Positions 50,560-64,000 are shown, numbered from the stretch's first letter. The stretch is DNA of 64,000 nt from Octopus sinensis (GCF_006345805.1 NC_043002.1:68572001-68636000); one strand, 5' to 3'. Made by a program: numbers and translations. The notes: generated by a model from the sequence alone, not told the origin.

Positions 50560-52739
50560 GCTTTCACGAGTTGGCTTTAAAGACAATATCCAATTCTTAC
50601 TACATTATTTTTTTATTTTCCAAAACTTTAGTTCCAGTTATTTCTGTTATTGCTAGTCTGTCAGGCTAAATGCTTAGTGGCTTGTCGCCTGACTCTTTAC
50701 ATTCTGAGTTCAAATTCTGCTGAGGTTGACTTTGCTATTCATTCTTTTAGGAATGATAATATAAGTACCAGCTGAATAATGGAGTCAATAAAATTGACTT
50801 ATTCACTCCTCTAAAATTGCTGACTTGTGCCAAAATTTGAAACCATTACTTTTGTTATCTCCCTTGCTGCTTGTTTTTAGATTTTAAATACCCCTCTAGA
50901 GGGCGTTATTGTCATCTAATTGAAAGGAGAATCTCAGCTAATCCAATATTAACTCTCATATATTACTCAACCATGTAATTAGAAAGTTTGTCTAACCTAG
51001 GTCACCAACTATCGTATTATGTGACACAGATTATCTCTTCAATTACATAACTGTCTATCTGACCATGTGATTATTTGCATGTCCAACTATAAGGCAATCT
51101 GTTTGTCTGCTCAACAACAATAGAAAGAATGCCAGGTTATGTATGCCTTATTATCACCTGTCAATTTTTGTGACAAACTAACTGCTTATGTGACAGATTG
51201 CTTGTCTAAATATTAAAAAGATTAAATTTTGATGTACACCAGATTATTTCAATAATGAATCTCACATCAAACAAATAATAAAATCTAGTAAATTTTTCCA
51301 TTATTGTATTTTTTTAAAAACGGTTGTTTGTCAAAGAGATATCTATACTGCCTACTTTGACATCAATATCTGTGCTGGCACTATGTAAAAAGTACCTCAT
51401 AAAAAATACCCATGCTGGTGCAGAATAAAAAGCACAATTGCTGGTTCCACGTAAAAAGCACCTAGTCCACTCTGCAAAGTAGCTGGCATTAGGAAGGGCA
51501 TCCAGCTATAGAAACCATGCTAAAATAGACAACTAATGCTAGGTGCAACCCTCCAGCTTGCCAGCTCCTATCAAACCATCCAACCCATGCCAGCAAAGAA
51601 AATGGGGTTTGATGATGAAGATGATCATGATCATGAAGGTGATTATGACCATGATGATGATCTAAGGTAAAGGTTGTTTCAGCTAATCCCAAGAACCAAC
51701 CATGCCTGTTATTTTGCTAATTGACACATAGACAGGAAGAAATCAAAAGGTTGGCTGTATCAGCTGTAGTAATATTCTTTTCTACTCTATGCACAAGGCC
51801 TGAAATTTTGAGGAAGGGGCCAGTCATTGGATTGACCCCCATTACCCAACTGGTACTTAAATTATCGACCCTGAAAGGATGAAAGGCAAAGTCGACCTCG
51901 GTGGAATTTTAAATCAGAACATAAAGACAGACAAAATACTGCTAAGCATTTCATGGTGTGGTAAAATTTCTGCCAGCTTGCTGCTGAAATAATAGTATTG
52001 TTTCAACAATTTTACTGTATTCCAAATTCCTTTTCTCAATTTTTTTCGCCTTCTTTCTAACAAGGTCCCTCTATATCAATTTCAATTAACTTTTTCTCTA
52101 TTAAGCTGTGTATCATCTCTGCCCTAGCAAGCCCTATTTCTTGTCTTCTCATTTACACTCTGACTGAATAAATACAGAATTACCTTTCATCTTTTGTTTC
52201 AGTCGTTAAATTAGGGCCATGTTGGGGCACCACTTTGAAGAATTTTCAATCAGATGAATTCTTACGGCCTAGTACTTATTCTATTGACCTCTTTTTGCTA
52301 AACCACTAAGTTATGGGGTCGTAAACACAGACACAAACACACATATGTATGTGTGTATATGTGTGTGCACACACACACACACACACGATGGGTTGCTTTG
52401 AGTTTCTGTCTATGAAATCCACTCACAAGGCTTTGGTCAGCCTGAGACTATAATAGAAGACTCTTGCCCGAGGCACCACACAGCAGGATGAACTCAGAAC
52501 CATGTGGTTGGGAAGCAACACTTTTTCAAGAGATTTCTTCCCAGAATTGCAACCCTGAGGGGCTTCCTCACTGACTAGTCTCACAATTTTGAGAAACACA
52601 ACACATAATCCTATAAAGGTGGTGGGAACTGTCCTTCCAACTCTATCAAAAGATTTTTAAACTGCTCAAAACATGCCTTAACTATTTCAATATAACTGAC
52701 TGAGCTTCCACAACTTGGGTGTTTTTCTATTGAAAAGAA

Positions 52740-52776
<37 letters not shown>

Positions 52777-52778
<2 letters not shown>

Positions 52779-53197
52779 TGCAGGAGTGGCTGTGTGTTAA
52801 GTAGCTTGCTTACCAACCACATGGTTCCGGGTTCAGTCCCACTGTGTGGCACTTTGGGCAAGTGTCTTCTACTATAGCATCAGGCCAACCAAAGCCTTGT
52901 GAGTGGATTTGGTAGACAGAAACTGAAAGAAACCCATCGTATATATACACACCTGTGTGTGTGTGTGCGTATGTGTGTGTGTGTGTGTATGTTCATGTGT
53001 CTGTGTTTGTCCTCCCACCATCACTTGACAACTGATGTTGGTGTGTTTACATCCTCATAACTTAGCAGTTCGGCAAAAGAGACTGATAGATTGAGTACTA
53101 GGTTTACAAAGAATAAGTCCTGGGGTTCATTTGTTTGGCTAAAGGTGGTACTCCAGCATGGCTACAGTCAAATGACAAACAAATAAAAGAATAAAAA
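52777..53197 (+). mobile_element. tRNA-headed SINE, family C (CORE-like ggcaccttgggcaagtgtcttc, internal (TG)n)
   Basis: ggtgcaggagtggctgtgt..taagtagcttgc head; tail gactgaaacaagtaaaagagtaaa. Confidence 0.8.
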
Positions 53198-53198
53198 G

Positions 53199-53230
<32 letters not shown>

Positions 53231-53371
53231 ATTAATTAATAAGGGTGAGAGAATTAGATACTAATTTAATAGTATATTTATTCAACACCAAGTGGCCTAG
53301 TGCTACGTGGTTGAAACCTTTTGGATTAACTGGTGCTAGAGTGAGCAATATAGTGACCACTCTCTTATATT

Positions 53372-53414
<43 letters not shown>

Positions 53415-53477
53415 TATACACATGCATGCGTGTGTGTGTGTGAATATATGTATGTGCAGCTTTATTGAATAACTTAC

Positions 53478-53578
53478 TTTAAGATTTTTCCAGTCTGTAT
53501 AAATAGGGCAGATCATGGTATTGGCAGGAAATCTTCCAAGGAGATTCAGCAGCTGACATTTTACATTATCTGAGTTAC
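53478..53578 (-). CDS. Candidate 5' exon of MTBP (NSDNVKCQLLNLLGRFPANTMICPIYTDWKNLK)
   Basis: aatctacttgtag| ... |gtaagt; open, phase 1-0, compatible with the exon at 38200; homology not clear. Confidence 0.45.
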
Positions 53579-54073
53579 CTACAAGTAGATTTTAATTATT
53601 ATATTAAAAAAGAACAACAAAAAAGACTTTAGTGCAACTAATGTAAAATTCTAAACATAAAAAACATGAATTTTTTTTTATCAATAATACAAAGAAAACA
53701 TTTGTTCATAGATAAAAGTACTGTGTTGCTATGTTCAATCCTTTTGTTATCACATTCCTGTTTGAAATACAAGGATTTTGTCTCAGATAATTTTGAAAAT
53801 CATGAAGAATTTAGGAAAATAACTGCGTCATTATTATGATGGCATTTGAAACATAAACTAACACGAAATTTTGTCGAAAAGTTTAAATCTAGGTTACTTA
53901 AAATGATGTTTGTATCAGAGAATCCAGCTGGGTTGATGTCAAAAGGGTTAAATTTCATGTTAAATGGTTAAATTTCACTATAATCAGTAATGCGCTCTTG
54001 TACAAATCAAGTAACTCTGTTAACCTCAGTCTACCTGACTGACAACACTTATTTATGAATTTGTTCCATTATA

Positions 54074-54292
54074 TAAGGAAGTACTGAAAAGTTCCTGACC
54101 TTGGGTAAAAGAAAATACAGGAGGATCATTTAATTACAATTTTATTCAACATATTCCCCTTCTAAGATTCACACACTTATTGCAGTAGCCCTTCACTTTT
54201 TCTAAGCCCTGTAAAAAAAACTTGGATGGTTGAGCCTCCAACCAGACCCTTCATGATACCCTTAAAGCCAGGAACTTTTCAGCCCCACCTCA
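54074..54292. mobile_element. Mariner-type MITE
   Basis: TIR-like gtactgaaaagttcctg / caggaacttttcagcc between TA dinucleotides. Confidence 0.6.
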
Positions 54293-55480
54293 TATATCTT
54301 GTTTACTATTTAATCAGAAAAGCAAAGGTAATATTCAACACTTGCAGGTTTTCTTATAATGGTGAGAGTGATGTAGAAGGTTAGTGAAGGTGCATGGCTA
54401 AGAGGACAGGTTATTCATCTCATAATTGTAAGGTTATAAGTTTGATACCTGGTAGCCTGTTCTGAGCTTGAGCAAGACATTTTAATTCATATTGCCCCAG
54501 TTCACTCAGCTGGCAAAAATGAGTAGTACCTGGTATTTCAAAGGGCAATCTTTGACACACTCTGCGTCAATCTGAATATTCCTTGGAACTACGTTAAGGG
54601 CATGTGTGTCTGTGGAGTGTTGTCCATTGTCCACTTGTATGTTAATTCCATGAGCAGGCTGTTCCGTTGATCAGATCAAATGGAACCTTCAGTGTTGTAA
54701 CCAACGGAGTGCCATTTGTTTTGATGGAACAATGAAATACAAAGTCAATCTCAGAACGTAAGTAATATAAATGGGTGTAACCAAATATCATCACCATCAT
54801 CATCGTTTAACGTCCGCTTTCCATGCTGGCATGAGTTGGACAGTTTGACTGAGGACTGGCAAGCTAGGAGGCTGCACCAGGCTCCAAACTGATCTGGATA
54901 TGTTTCTACAGCTGGATGCCCTTCCAAATGCCAACCACTCCGAGAGTATAGTGGGTGCTTTTTACGTGCCACCAGCACTGGCAACGGCCACGTTCGTATG
55001 GTGCTTTTTATGTGCCACTGGCATGGGGAACCAGTCAGGCAGCTCTGGCAATGACCCACACATGAATGGTGTTTATTGTGTGCCACCAGCACTGGTATCA
55101 GCCACAACTGCAAATTTCCATTTGATTGTGATTTGAGGAGAACAATACAGGGCAGTATGGTGTAAGATTACATAATAAGTGGGTAAAAAGGGATATAAAA
55201 AAAAAAACTTCAAAGAAAAATTTCCCAAAAGGAAAAAGGAAGGAAACATCCAAGGGCTACTCCTGGGAATTCCACAAAACCACTATCACCCTGATAACTA
55301 AGGTAAGTGCCCTCTCCAAGTTGTCCTCCATTCTACAGATACATATTTAGAGCAGTATTCACTTAACCATGCATGCCACCAGGGCTGTGGAGTCGAAGTC
55401 AGTAAAACTATACTGACTCTGATTCTGACTTACAATATCTTTATTCTTAAACATAAAATAATAATAATAATAATAATAAT

Positions 55481-55880
55481 AAAGAATTTGACAAGCTCAG
55501 AAAATATAAAGACCTGCTCATTGAAATTGAGAAAATGTGGCATCTCAAGGCAGTTACAATACCAGTGATCGTAGGAGCACTAGGAATGATCAAGAAGGGA
55601 ACCGAAAATTATATGAGAATGATCCCTGGCTTACCATCCCTGCAAGAAGTGCAAAAGATTGTCTTAACTGGTACATCACATGTATTGAGAAGAGCATTGT
55701 CGATGTGAGAACTATTACTACCCATGTATTTTAATTTAACTTTATTTCTATCAAAAAAAAAAATGAACGAACTAGTGATGGCCTACCAATGTATACTATG
55801 AGTTTCTTTGCCCTAGGAGTCGGGAAGACACTCGGCAAGAAATTGAAGCAAATTTGAAAGAAGAAAAACCCATAAATAAT
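55481..55880 (+). mobile_element. R4/Dong-clade LINE 3' fragment flanked by (TAA)n
   Basis: Open frame 55481-55708: KEFDKLRKYKDLLIEIEKMW...PVIVGALG...VQKIVLTGTSHVLRRALSM*, typical of the C-terminus of restriction-like-endonuclease LINEs. Confidence 0.8.
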
Positions 55881-56065
55881 AGTAATAATAATAATATGGT
55901 GTGAAATTACATAATAAGTGTGTAAAAAAGGATATAAAAAAACAAATAACAAAGAAAAATTTCCCAAAAGGAAAGAAACATCCAAGGGTTATGCCTGGAA
56001 ATCCCACAAAACCACAATCACCCTGATAATTAAGGCAAGTGCCCTCTCCAAAACAAATAGGGGCT

Positions 56066-56250
56066 GCAATAAACGTGGAGCACTTGCAGAAAACAGCACT
56101 GCTTGAAACTGCTCAGATACTCCAGATGGTGCTTGAAAAATAAGGGGTGTTACCTTAGTTCCCTAATAGTGAACAGCTGACACTGTAGTACATCACCAGC
56201 GTTAAAAGCTGTGCAAAGACAATATAATAACAATAATAATAATAATAATG
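56066..56250 (+). mobile_element. Second R4/Dong-like 3' end (different subfamily)
   Basis: AINVEHLQKTALLETAQILQMVLEK* followed by a short UTR and (TAA)n. Confidence 0.65.
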
Positions 56251-57249
56251 CTTTTGATTTTGGTACAAGGCCAATAATTCTATGGTGAAATAATTAGCCA
56301 ATACCAGTGATCTCAGTACTTAACTGGTACTTTATTTTATTGACCTCAAAAGGAAGACAGGCAAAGTTGATCCTAGCGGGATTTAAACTTAGCATGTAAA
56401 GGGCTGGAACAATTACCACACCACATTTTTCTGATGTTCTAATGATTCTACTAATCCAATACCCAGACAACAACAACAATATTGTTGTTTGCTAACAAAG
56501 GCACAAAGCTGTACATTTTGGGAGTGATAGGATTATGTTAGGATTACTCATACTTATTTAATTGACTCTGGATGGTTGAAAGGTAAAAGGCGAAATAGGC
56601 AGAATTTGAACTCAGTGTGTAAGGGGATGTATCTAAATATGACAAAGCGTTTTGTTCATTGCACTAAGAAGTCTGCCTTCTACACTGTCCATACTTGAAA
56701 TAAAAGTAATGAATCATTATATAACGTAAAGTAAGCCACACCCCTTTCATGCTTCACTAGTTCTACTCTTACTACAACTCACTCCTATGACTACAACAAA
56801 AATAAGTAAATAAATGATTTATGAAAAGTGGCTTGATGGTTACGAGTTGTTGTAACCATAACAATAAATATCCTTATCTCCTAAGCATGTGTATATATAT
56901 ATATCTTCTGGTATAGCATGATGTAGGGGTTGTGATACACTTAAGAAAACAGAAAATATATGGTGCAACGAATGAGGGAACCCTCTATAGAGTAAGTTAG
57001 AGCTTCAAATAGCAACTAAAGTCCTTTTAAATTACACCCAACTGTCTTGAAAAAGGGAGATACACTGATTAATGTAGCCCTAGATAAGCAATGCTTAAAA
57101 AAAAATCAACAAAAAAAAGCCAGATGATCAAAGCTAGAAAACCTTTGAACCTAGAAGCTAAACCACATCAAACAGTGAACCAACAAGAGATCTTCTGCAT
57201 GACAGCTCAACCTGCTAGAAATAATAATAGCCCCTTAAGCACTCTAGAT

Positions 57250-57503
57250 CAGTGGTTCTCAACCACTTTTTACCTATGGATCTTTTTGATTCATATTTTA
57301 CTCAAGTGGACCTGCACAGCTATTTCAATGCTTGAAAAAACCCTATCATATTTTTATAATGGAATATTATTAGAAATTGTATTAAAAAAATTGTTAAAAT
57401 ATTTTGTGCATTATAGAAATATAACCAGTTTACTGGACATAAATTTTAACAAAATCTTATATGGACCATCAAGGGTCATATGGATTCCGGTTGAGAATTA
57501 CTG
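57250..57503. mobile_element. hAT MITE
   Basis: TIRs cagtggttctcaacc / ggttgagaattactg; TSD ctctagat / atctagat. Confidence 0.8.
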
Positions 57504-57679
57504 ATCTAGATCATAAAAAAGGAAGAACATGATATGTCTAAAACAAGGACAGGATATGTTCATGGCTAGACTCCTTTCAGCAACAATTTTATAAAGCTAA
57601 GCAATAATCGAATGAAGCTCCATCATTTATACATGTACATACATTGATTGTATCAGTTTACTGTAACTGTTTTGCTTAC

Positions 57680-57755
57680 CTGCTGTTGCTTTTGTTCTCC
57701 ATCAGTTACTACTATATAAATGTTTATATATTTGTATATATTGTTTTGCACCAAA
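57680..57755 (-). CDS. Candidate 5' exon (LVQNNIYKYINIYIVVTDGEQKQQQ)
   Basis: ttgtctacaatag| ... CAG|gtaagc; open, phase 2-0. Confidence 0.4.
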
Positions 57756-57790
57756 CTATTGTAGACAATCAAATGAATGAATGTATGTGG

Positions 57791-57826
<36 letters not shown>

Positions 57827-59046
57827 ATATGTGTGTGTCTCTATCTATATTTAATGGGGCATGGTAGAGCAGTAAAAAAAACATCTCTTCTCAAACTCAA
57901 GGTTCCAGGTTTGATCCCATTATCATCTATACTTAGTCAAAGAGAGAAGGGTAGCAACTATGATCCTTTAATTTTTCATGGAAAAGAGGGAGGGAGATTG
58001 CAATCTGGCCTAAATAGAATGAACTCAGCTAAAGGCACTCAAAGTCTAGGTGGTGGTGTTAAACCAGACAGTGGAACTTGCAACACAAAGAGTTGGAAAA
58101 AAATACCACAAGGTACTCTATCTTATGCTCTGACAATTTCTACAATCAACAATTCCAGAGAGGTACTTTATTTCATTGACCCTGAAAGGCTGAAAGACAA
58201 AAGTGAACTTAGCAGGATTTGAACTCACAATGCAAGAAGCTAGAACAAATATCTCAAGGAATTTTATTTTACAATCTAACAACTCCAATTTACTACAACT
58301 GAAGTGCCCCACCGCCCCAAAAGTTTCATGCGAAGCTAGGCCACTACACTCCTCTTTAGACTGAATTTATTGAGGCAGATGCCTTTCCAGTCACCAACCT
58401 ACACCTGTTTCCAAGTATGGTAATATTTCCCCATGGCTGGACATGTGTCTGCAGAAGACTGGAAACCAAGGGTACTGCTTGCACAATGGTGACACTCATT
58501 TACAACTGTCACATGATGTCAAAGCAAAGAAACAGTAACATACATACATAGTGGGCTTCTTTCAGTTTCCATCTACCAAATCCACCAACAAGGCTTTGGT
58601 TGGCTCAGGGCTGTAGTGGAAGACATCTGCCAAAGGTGCCACAGAATTTGGACTGAAGCTGAAACTGTGTTGGGAAGCGAAGTTTTTACCAAACAGCCAG
58701 ACTTGTTAAAAATTGTCTGAGAAGCACTACTAAAGGAAATAGAAGCCACGCGACTAAAAATATTTTTCAGTGGAATCAGTGACACAATATTTCATAACAT
58801 GCTATGTAACTATTTCTAACTTGAAACATGAAAAATGATAAATCATCAAAGATATACCATACATGTCACTTTGAACCAACACAATAGTCACTAATAAAAT
58901 GGGATGAATTTAGTTTTAACTCTGTCAATATAACATCGTCACAGTTAATGCAGGAACTCGATATTGTTTTCAATAAAAATCATAATAGACGGAGAAATAT
59001 TTCAAACAGTAATGTTTTCAATATGTGACAATGATTTCTCACTCAC

Positions 59047-59103
59047 GATTTTCTGCAGTCATTGACCTGCATATTGTTCACATTGTGCATCAGCTGCATT
59101 AAT
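59047..59103 (-). CDS. Candidate 5' exon (LMQLMHNVNNMQVNDCRK(S))
   Basis: ttttaactctttaag| ... |gtgagt; phase 2-2, links in frame to 57755. Confidence 0.33.
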
Positions 59104-62100
59104 CTTAAAGAGTTAAAAGTTTGGAGTAGGGAGGGTGCCAGCAAAGGTCATGAGCCCTGATATTCCTTATCTAAGTCAGAAGAAAAGATTATAACTTGAT
59201 AGAACTAAGATCATGTGGATGAGATGAAGTAATGTTTTTCACATTCTTAGATAATAAAAATAAGAATTAAATTTCTCTTCTTACAGAAGAATGCGTTCCT
59301 TTGCAAGAAGCTTAGATGACCTATTAGAAATAAGAGCCAAATCTTTCTCAAATCATATCTATTTTTTTTTGTTTTGTTTGTTTAGTTAGAGGAGGAAGGA
59401 TAATGATATGAGCCTCTTTAGGGCCATTGACTGGTGAGACCAAGTTATCCTCACGATAGAGACATGACATCAATGCTTTCAGAAGAGTGGACTCTGCCAA
59501 AGATCAGGTACTGGTGTTATGCCTTGTGATGGTTTATGTCTACCTTCCATGACTACAGGTATTTAATAGTACTGGTACTCTGTCAGTTACTATAACAAGG
59601 GTTCCAGTTGATCCAATCAACAGAACAGCCTGCTAATGAAATAACATGCAAGTAACTGAACAATACACAGACACGCACCTCTAATGCAGTTCTCAGGGAG
59701 ATTTAGAGTGACACAAAATATGACAAGGTTAGCCCTTTGAATTACAGGTACAACTCAATTTTTGCCAGCTGAGTGAATTGGAACAACGTGAAATATATTC
59801 TTTTCTACTCTAGGCACAAGACCTGAAATTTGGTGGGAAGGGGCCCAGTCGATTAGATCGACCCCAGTATGCAACTGGTACTTAATTTATCGACCCCGAA
59901 TGGATGAGAGGCAAAGTCGACCTCGGCAGAATTTGAACTCAGAACGTAAAGACAGATGAAACACCACTAAGCATTTTGCCTGGTGTGCTAACAATTCTGC
60001 CAGCTCACCACCTTACAGAACTATCTGATATTGTTCTATGAGACAAGAAACAAAAGTCATGCACCATTACAGAGGTTAGCTGGCCAGCAGATATGTCTTC
60101 TTCTGGAACAAGAGAAAAATCTTTAGTGAATTATTAGTCAGGTTACTTAGAACTGTATTTAAAAGAGGCAAAGTTGATCTCAGCAAAATTTGAACTCAGA
60201 ACGTAAAGACAGATAAAACACCACTAAGCATTTTGCCTGGTGTGCTAACAATTTTGCCAGCTCGCTGCCTTACATTGTAAAATATATTGTGTAACTCAAA
60301 AACACAATGTGCTGTCAGGAACTGAACTCACAACCCTACGATCATGAGCTGAATATCCTAACCGCTAAGTCATGTGCCTTTGCAGATACTAAAAAAATAT
60401 TTTACCAACAACCAAGAAAATTAAGAACCTCAAAGCAGCTTCAGCTTATTTCATTCTTTCTTTTACTGTTTTCAATCATTGGAGCACAGCCATGAAAGGT
60501 TTAGTTGGTTACATCAATCCCAGTGCTTATTCAATTGAATTCTGTTTGACAAACCACTAAGTTACAGAACATAAATGTAGATACACACACGACACGCATA
60601 ATCGGGCTCCTGCATGTTTACCATTTTGGGGGCTATTTACTGATGGGACAATATTATCCTCAGACCAGACACACAGACAAAATGTTTGCAACAGAGTGGA
60701 CTCCACTCACAGCACCCAAAGGCCACCTGATGACGTTAAACCGAGTGACGGATTAAATCTACGTATGGAAAGAATACATTAGATAGGATGGTCATGTCTG
60801 GAATACCTTTAATCATGGGTTTGCTCCATCAGAGATGGCAAGGGGATAAGCAACAGCAACAAATTCCATTTCTTGTAAGAAAAATAAGCGTCAAGTCTAA
60901 TTAAGACATTGCTGCATAAAGAAGATAAACTATAAACATTCTTGATTTCAAGATCTTCAGATAACAGATATCCCATTAAGTACTGCATCATTATCATCAA
61001 TTTAACATCCACTTTTCCATGCTTGCAGGGGTTGGATGGAATTTATGGAGGCAGATTTTCTACAGCCAGATGCCCTTCCAGTAACCAGCCATCATCTGTT
61101 TCCATGTAAAGTAATATTTCACTGTCAATTAACATCAAAATGTACCCCTAAAATTATTCTGACACTTGTGACTTGAAAATATTCTCAAATCCCAAAAACA
61201 GAAATACCAAAATTTAGAATACTGTATTAAGCCCTTTTTATCCATGGACTACCGAGAAATTAGCATCAAATTCTTGCTCTCTATCAATTTCTTTCCTGAA
61301 TCTAGCATTCCTATCCCATGGGCCACCAATTTGTAAAAACTCTTTACTTTTAATAATATTCCATTGTTTTTTTTAATTTCACAGTAAATTAGGCAGTGAT
61401 CCTGTATAGTAAGGATCCCTAGTCACAAGGCTGTGGATCAATTAGAACCAGGCTGCACAGAAAGAATAAATCTTAAAATTTTATTTCTATTTTATTGGCT
61501 ATCACAACTGCAGGGTATTTTTTCATTGTATATTATACATGTACACTCTGTAAAGAAGTTGGTATTAAGGATTCTAGCTGTAAAAACCATGCCAAAGGGG
61601 ACCTCACCAGTGCTGGTGCCACATAAAAACACCCAGCCCACACTGTAAAGTGGTTTGTATTAGGAAGGGCATCCAGCCGTAAAAACTATGCCAAAGCAGA
61701 CTCTGCTCATACACTTATAGAACATCCCATTCTATGCCCTCTACTACCTATACTCGACCCCAGCGCGTAAATGGTACTTAATTTATCAACCCCGAAAAGA
61801 TGAAAGGCAAAGTCGACCTCGGCAGAATTTGAACTCAGAACATAATGGCAGACGAAATGCTGCTAAGCCACCATCTTTCAATTCCACTCCTTATCATCTG
61901 AGAGGCCTTTGTCTTGCAAGCTACTTGTACCCCACTGGTTCCGGTATCATGTAAAAAGCATCCATGCTGGTGCCACATAAAAAGCACCCAGTCCACTCTG
62001 TAAAGTGGTTGGCATTAGCAAGGGCATCCAGCCGTCGAAAGAGCTTGGTGCAGTTCTCTGGCTGGCCAGTTCCTATCAGACCATCCAACCCATGCCAGCA

Positions 62101-64000
62101 TAGAAAACAAATGCTAAATGATGATGATGATGCACTTTCTTGTGTATTGTTATGCACATGATCTCCTAGTCTGTGAAAAAATTGTCCTGCATGAAACTGG
62201 TCCACAGTGTAAAAAACAGGTTGGAGATTGCTGATGTACAAGGCCTCTGAGACAAGTAAGAAAGAAGGAGAACAGTATCTCCCAACCAGAGACCAGGTCA
62301 GAATTTTGTAATAGAGTGGACACTGTTTAAAAATACTAAAGGCACCAGATGGTGGATTAAGTCTAGTAACCAAGTAGGCCAGGGTGGAATTTGAACTCAG
62401 AATAAAAAGAACTAGTACAAAAACACAAGGTATCTGGTTCAACATTCTCTACAGTTCCACCAATCCATTATCCTGGATTGATACCTTTATTTATTTATTT
62501 ATTTTTCTTCATATTCAGCCTTGAAAGGATGAAAGGTGAAATTGAACTTGGTGAGATTTGAACTCAGAATGCAGAGAATCAGAACAAACAAATACCATGA
62601 AACATTTATCTGATGCTCTGACGACTCAGCCAATATGCTGCTTAAAATTTTATCGACTTCCAACTTTTCTACCACCACTATAACAACACAACCCAACAAA
62701 TCTGAAGAGACACCCTACCAACATATTAAAAGGGATATAAAATAATGAATTAATAATAGTAATAATAATAATAAAGTGTACCTCTTACTTCATAATATAT
62801 TCCACGCATGCACTCAAATGTATATGTGCATACATGTTAGTGTGTGATGTCATTATTGTAATTCTTTTTATTACACCTGTTGTTTTTGCATTTATAATAG
62901 TAGACAAAACAGGTGTACAAGTTCGCTGTTCTCTAACTTCGTCACTCAAAAATCATGAGTCAGATATAAATAAAGAAAGGTACATTAAAAATCCCCTTTC
63001 CTCCCCTCTCACCAAGAAACACTGACAAATCACAAATGGCCAATGATTGTCAAGGGAAAATAATTTTATTGATTTATTTATTTATTTAATTCTATATCCA
63101 TCTCATACATTTATTAGAGGAAATGTTATATACAATTATCAAACAGGTGAACTAAAATTTGAACAACAGGTTGGCAGCTGGATAGTTTACCACTGTCCTG
63201 AGTCAGACAAACAAATACAGAATCACACAGATATATATGAGAAGAGAGACAGACAGACAGAGACAGAGTGTCAGCCATTAGAATGAGTTGACTCATAATG
63301 ATAATAATAATATAAACATTGCTGGCTAAGAGGAAATAGATGGATCAGTGGATTAGATGTACTGAAAGATATGCAATAAAACTTATAAATATTTGTCTAT
63401 TTTATCCTTGTTTAGTCAGAAGGAGTTCAAAAGTGGGGGAGAAAAAAAAACAGTTTCAGTTCAGCATCTAGCTGAGGTTTAATTTAATTTAATCCATTAT
63501 CATGTGTCATAGGTAATCTCAAATAAATACTTGAGCAAAATTAAACTGTCAAATAATTCAGGATGATCCACAAGCTCAAAGCTTCCATCTGGCATAAAGC
63601 TTTGCTATATTTATTTCTGTACCTTTTTTTCCCTTGCTTGCATAGGTCAAATAGAATTTGTTGAGATAAATTTCCTATGGTTGGATGCCTTTCCTGTCAT
63701 CAACCCTCACATGTTTCAAAGCAAGGTAATATTGTGGCAGTAGAGTCCTCAGATATTTTCTCTTTACGGTCCTATCTTAAGCAACCATCATTACACTTGT
63801 CTGTCAGACTTCCAAGCATGAGCAACTGAGACTGCGGATATCGTGCAACTACCTTGTTCTTGGCCTACCCCACCACCACCCGGGTCTCCTGCTGGTTGAC
63901 TTTGCTTGTAGATTCCATTTTGCAATCCTTTCCTGTGGCATTAGTTTGTGTAGATAAAGTTATTTTAAAATGTATTGGCTAAGTAATCAACTCCAGCTTA

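Noticed and set aside
57644-58222. 192-aa plus-strand ORF
   Set aside because: Made of (GT)n microsatellite and decayed SINE sequence; no recognisable protein features.
59284-59320. Small minus-strand pseudo-exon (SSKLLAKERIL)
   Set aside because: It lies in a dispersed repeat seen several times in the window (for example 26860, 37860, 57000).

Overview
AT-rich eukaryotic DNA dense in microsatellites and retroposons. The SINE/LINE families look like those of octopus (coleoid cephalopod); this is recognised from memory, not by database search. I hand-assembled one multi-exon minus-strand gene from GT-AG splice sites with consistent phases: MTBP (Mdm2-binding protein, the Sld7-like partner of Treslin). 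It has 17 well-supported exons from 38200 down to 1248, a probable terminal exon at 968-988, and unresolved 5' exons (candidates at 53478-53578, 57680-57755, 59047-59103); the recovered frame is about 775-810 codons. One intron (25712-26493) has U12 minor-spliceosome signals. The introns hold a CR1 LINE with an open 668-codon RT frame plus a near-identical 3' fragment, RTE and R4/Dong LINE fragments, Tc1 and mariner relics, two Helitrons, hAT and foldback MITEs, long palindromes, a degenerate Penelope-type hammerhead core and dozens of SINE copies. There is no CRISPR array, rRNA or true tRNA gene. I found no clearly new biological system; the best leads are the U12 intron, the hammerhead-like motif, the repeat-spacer hairpin array in an RTE 3' UTR and the intronic dsRNA-forming structures.
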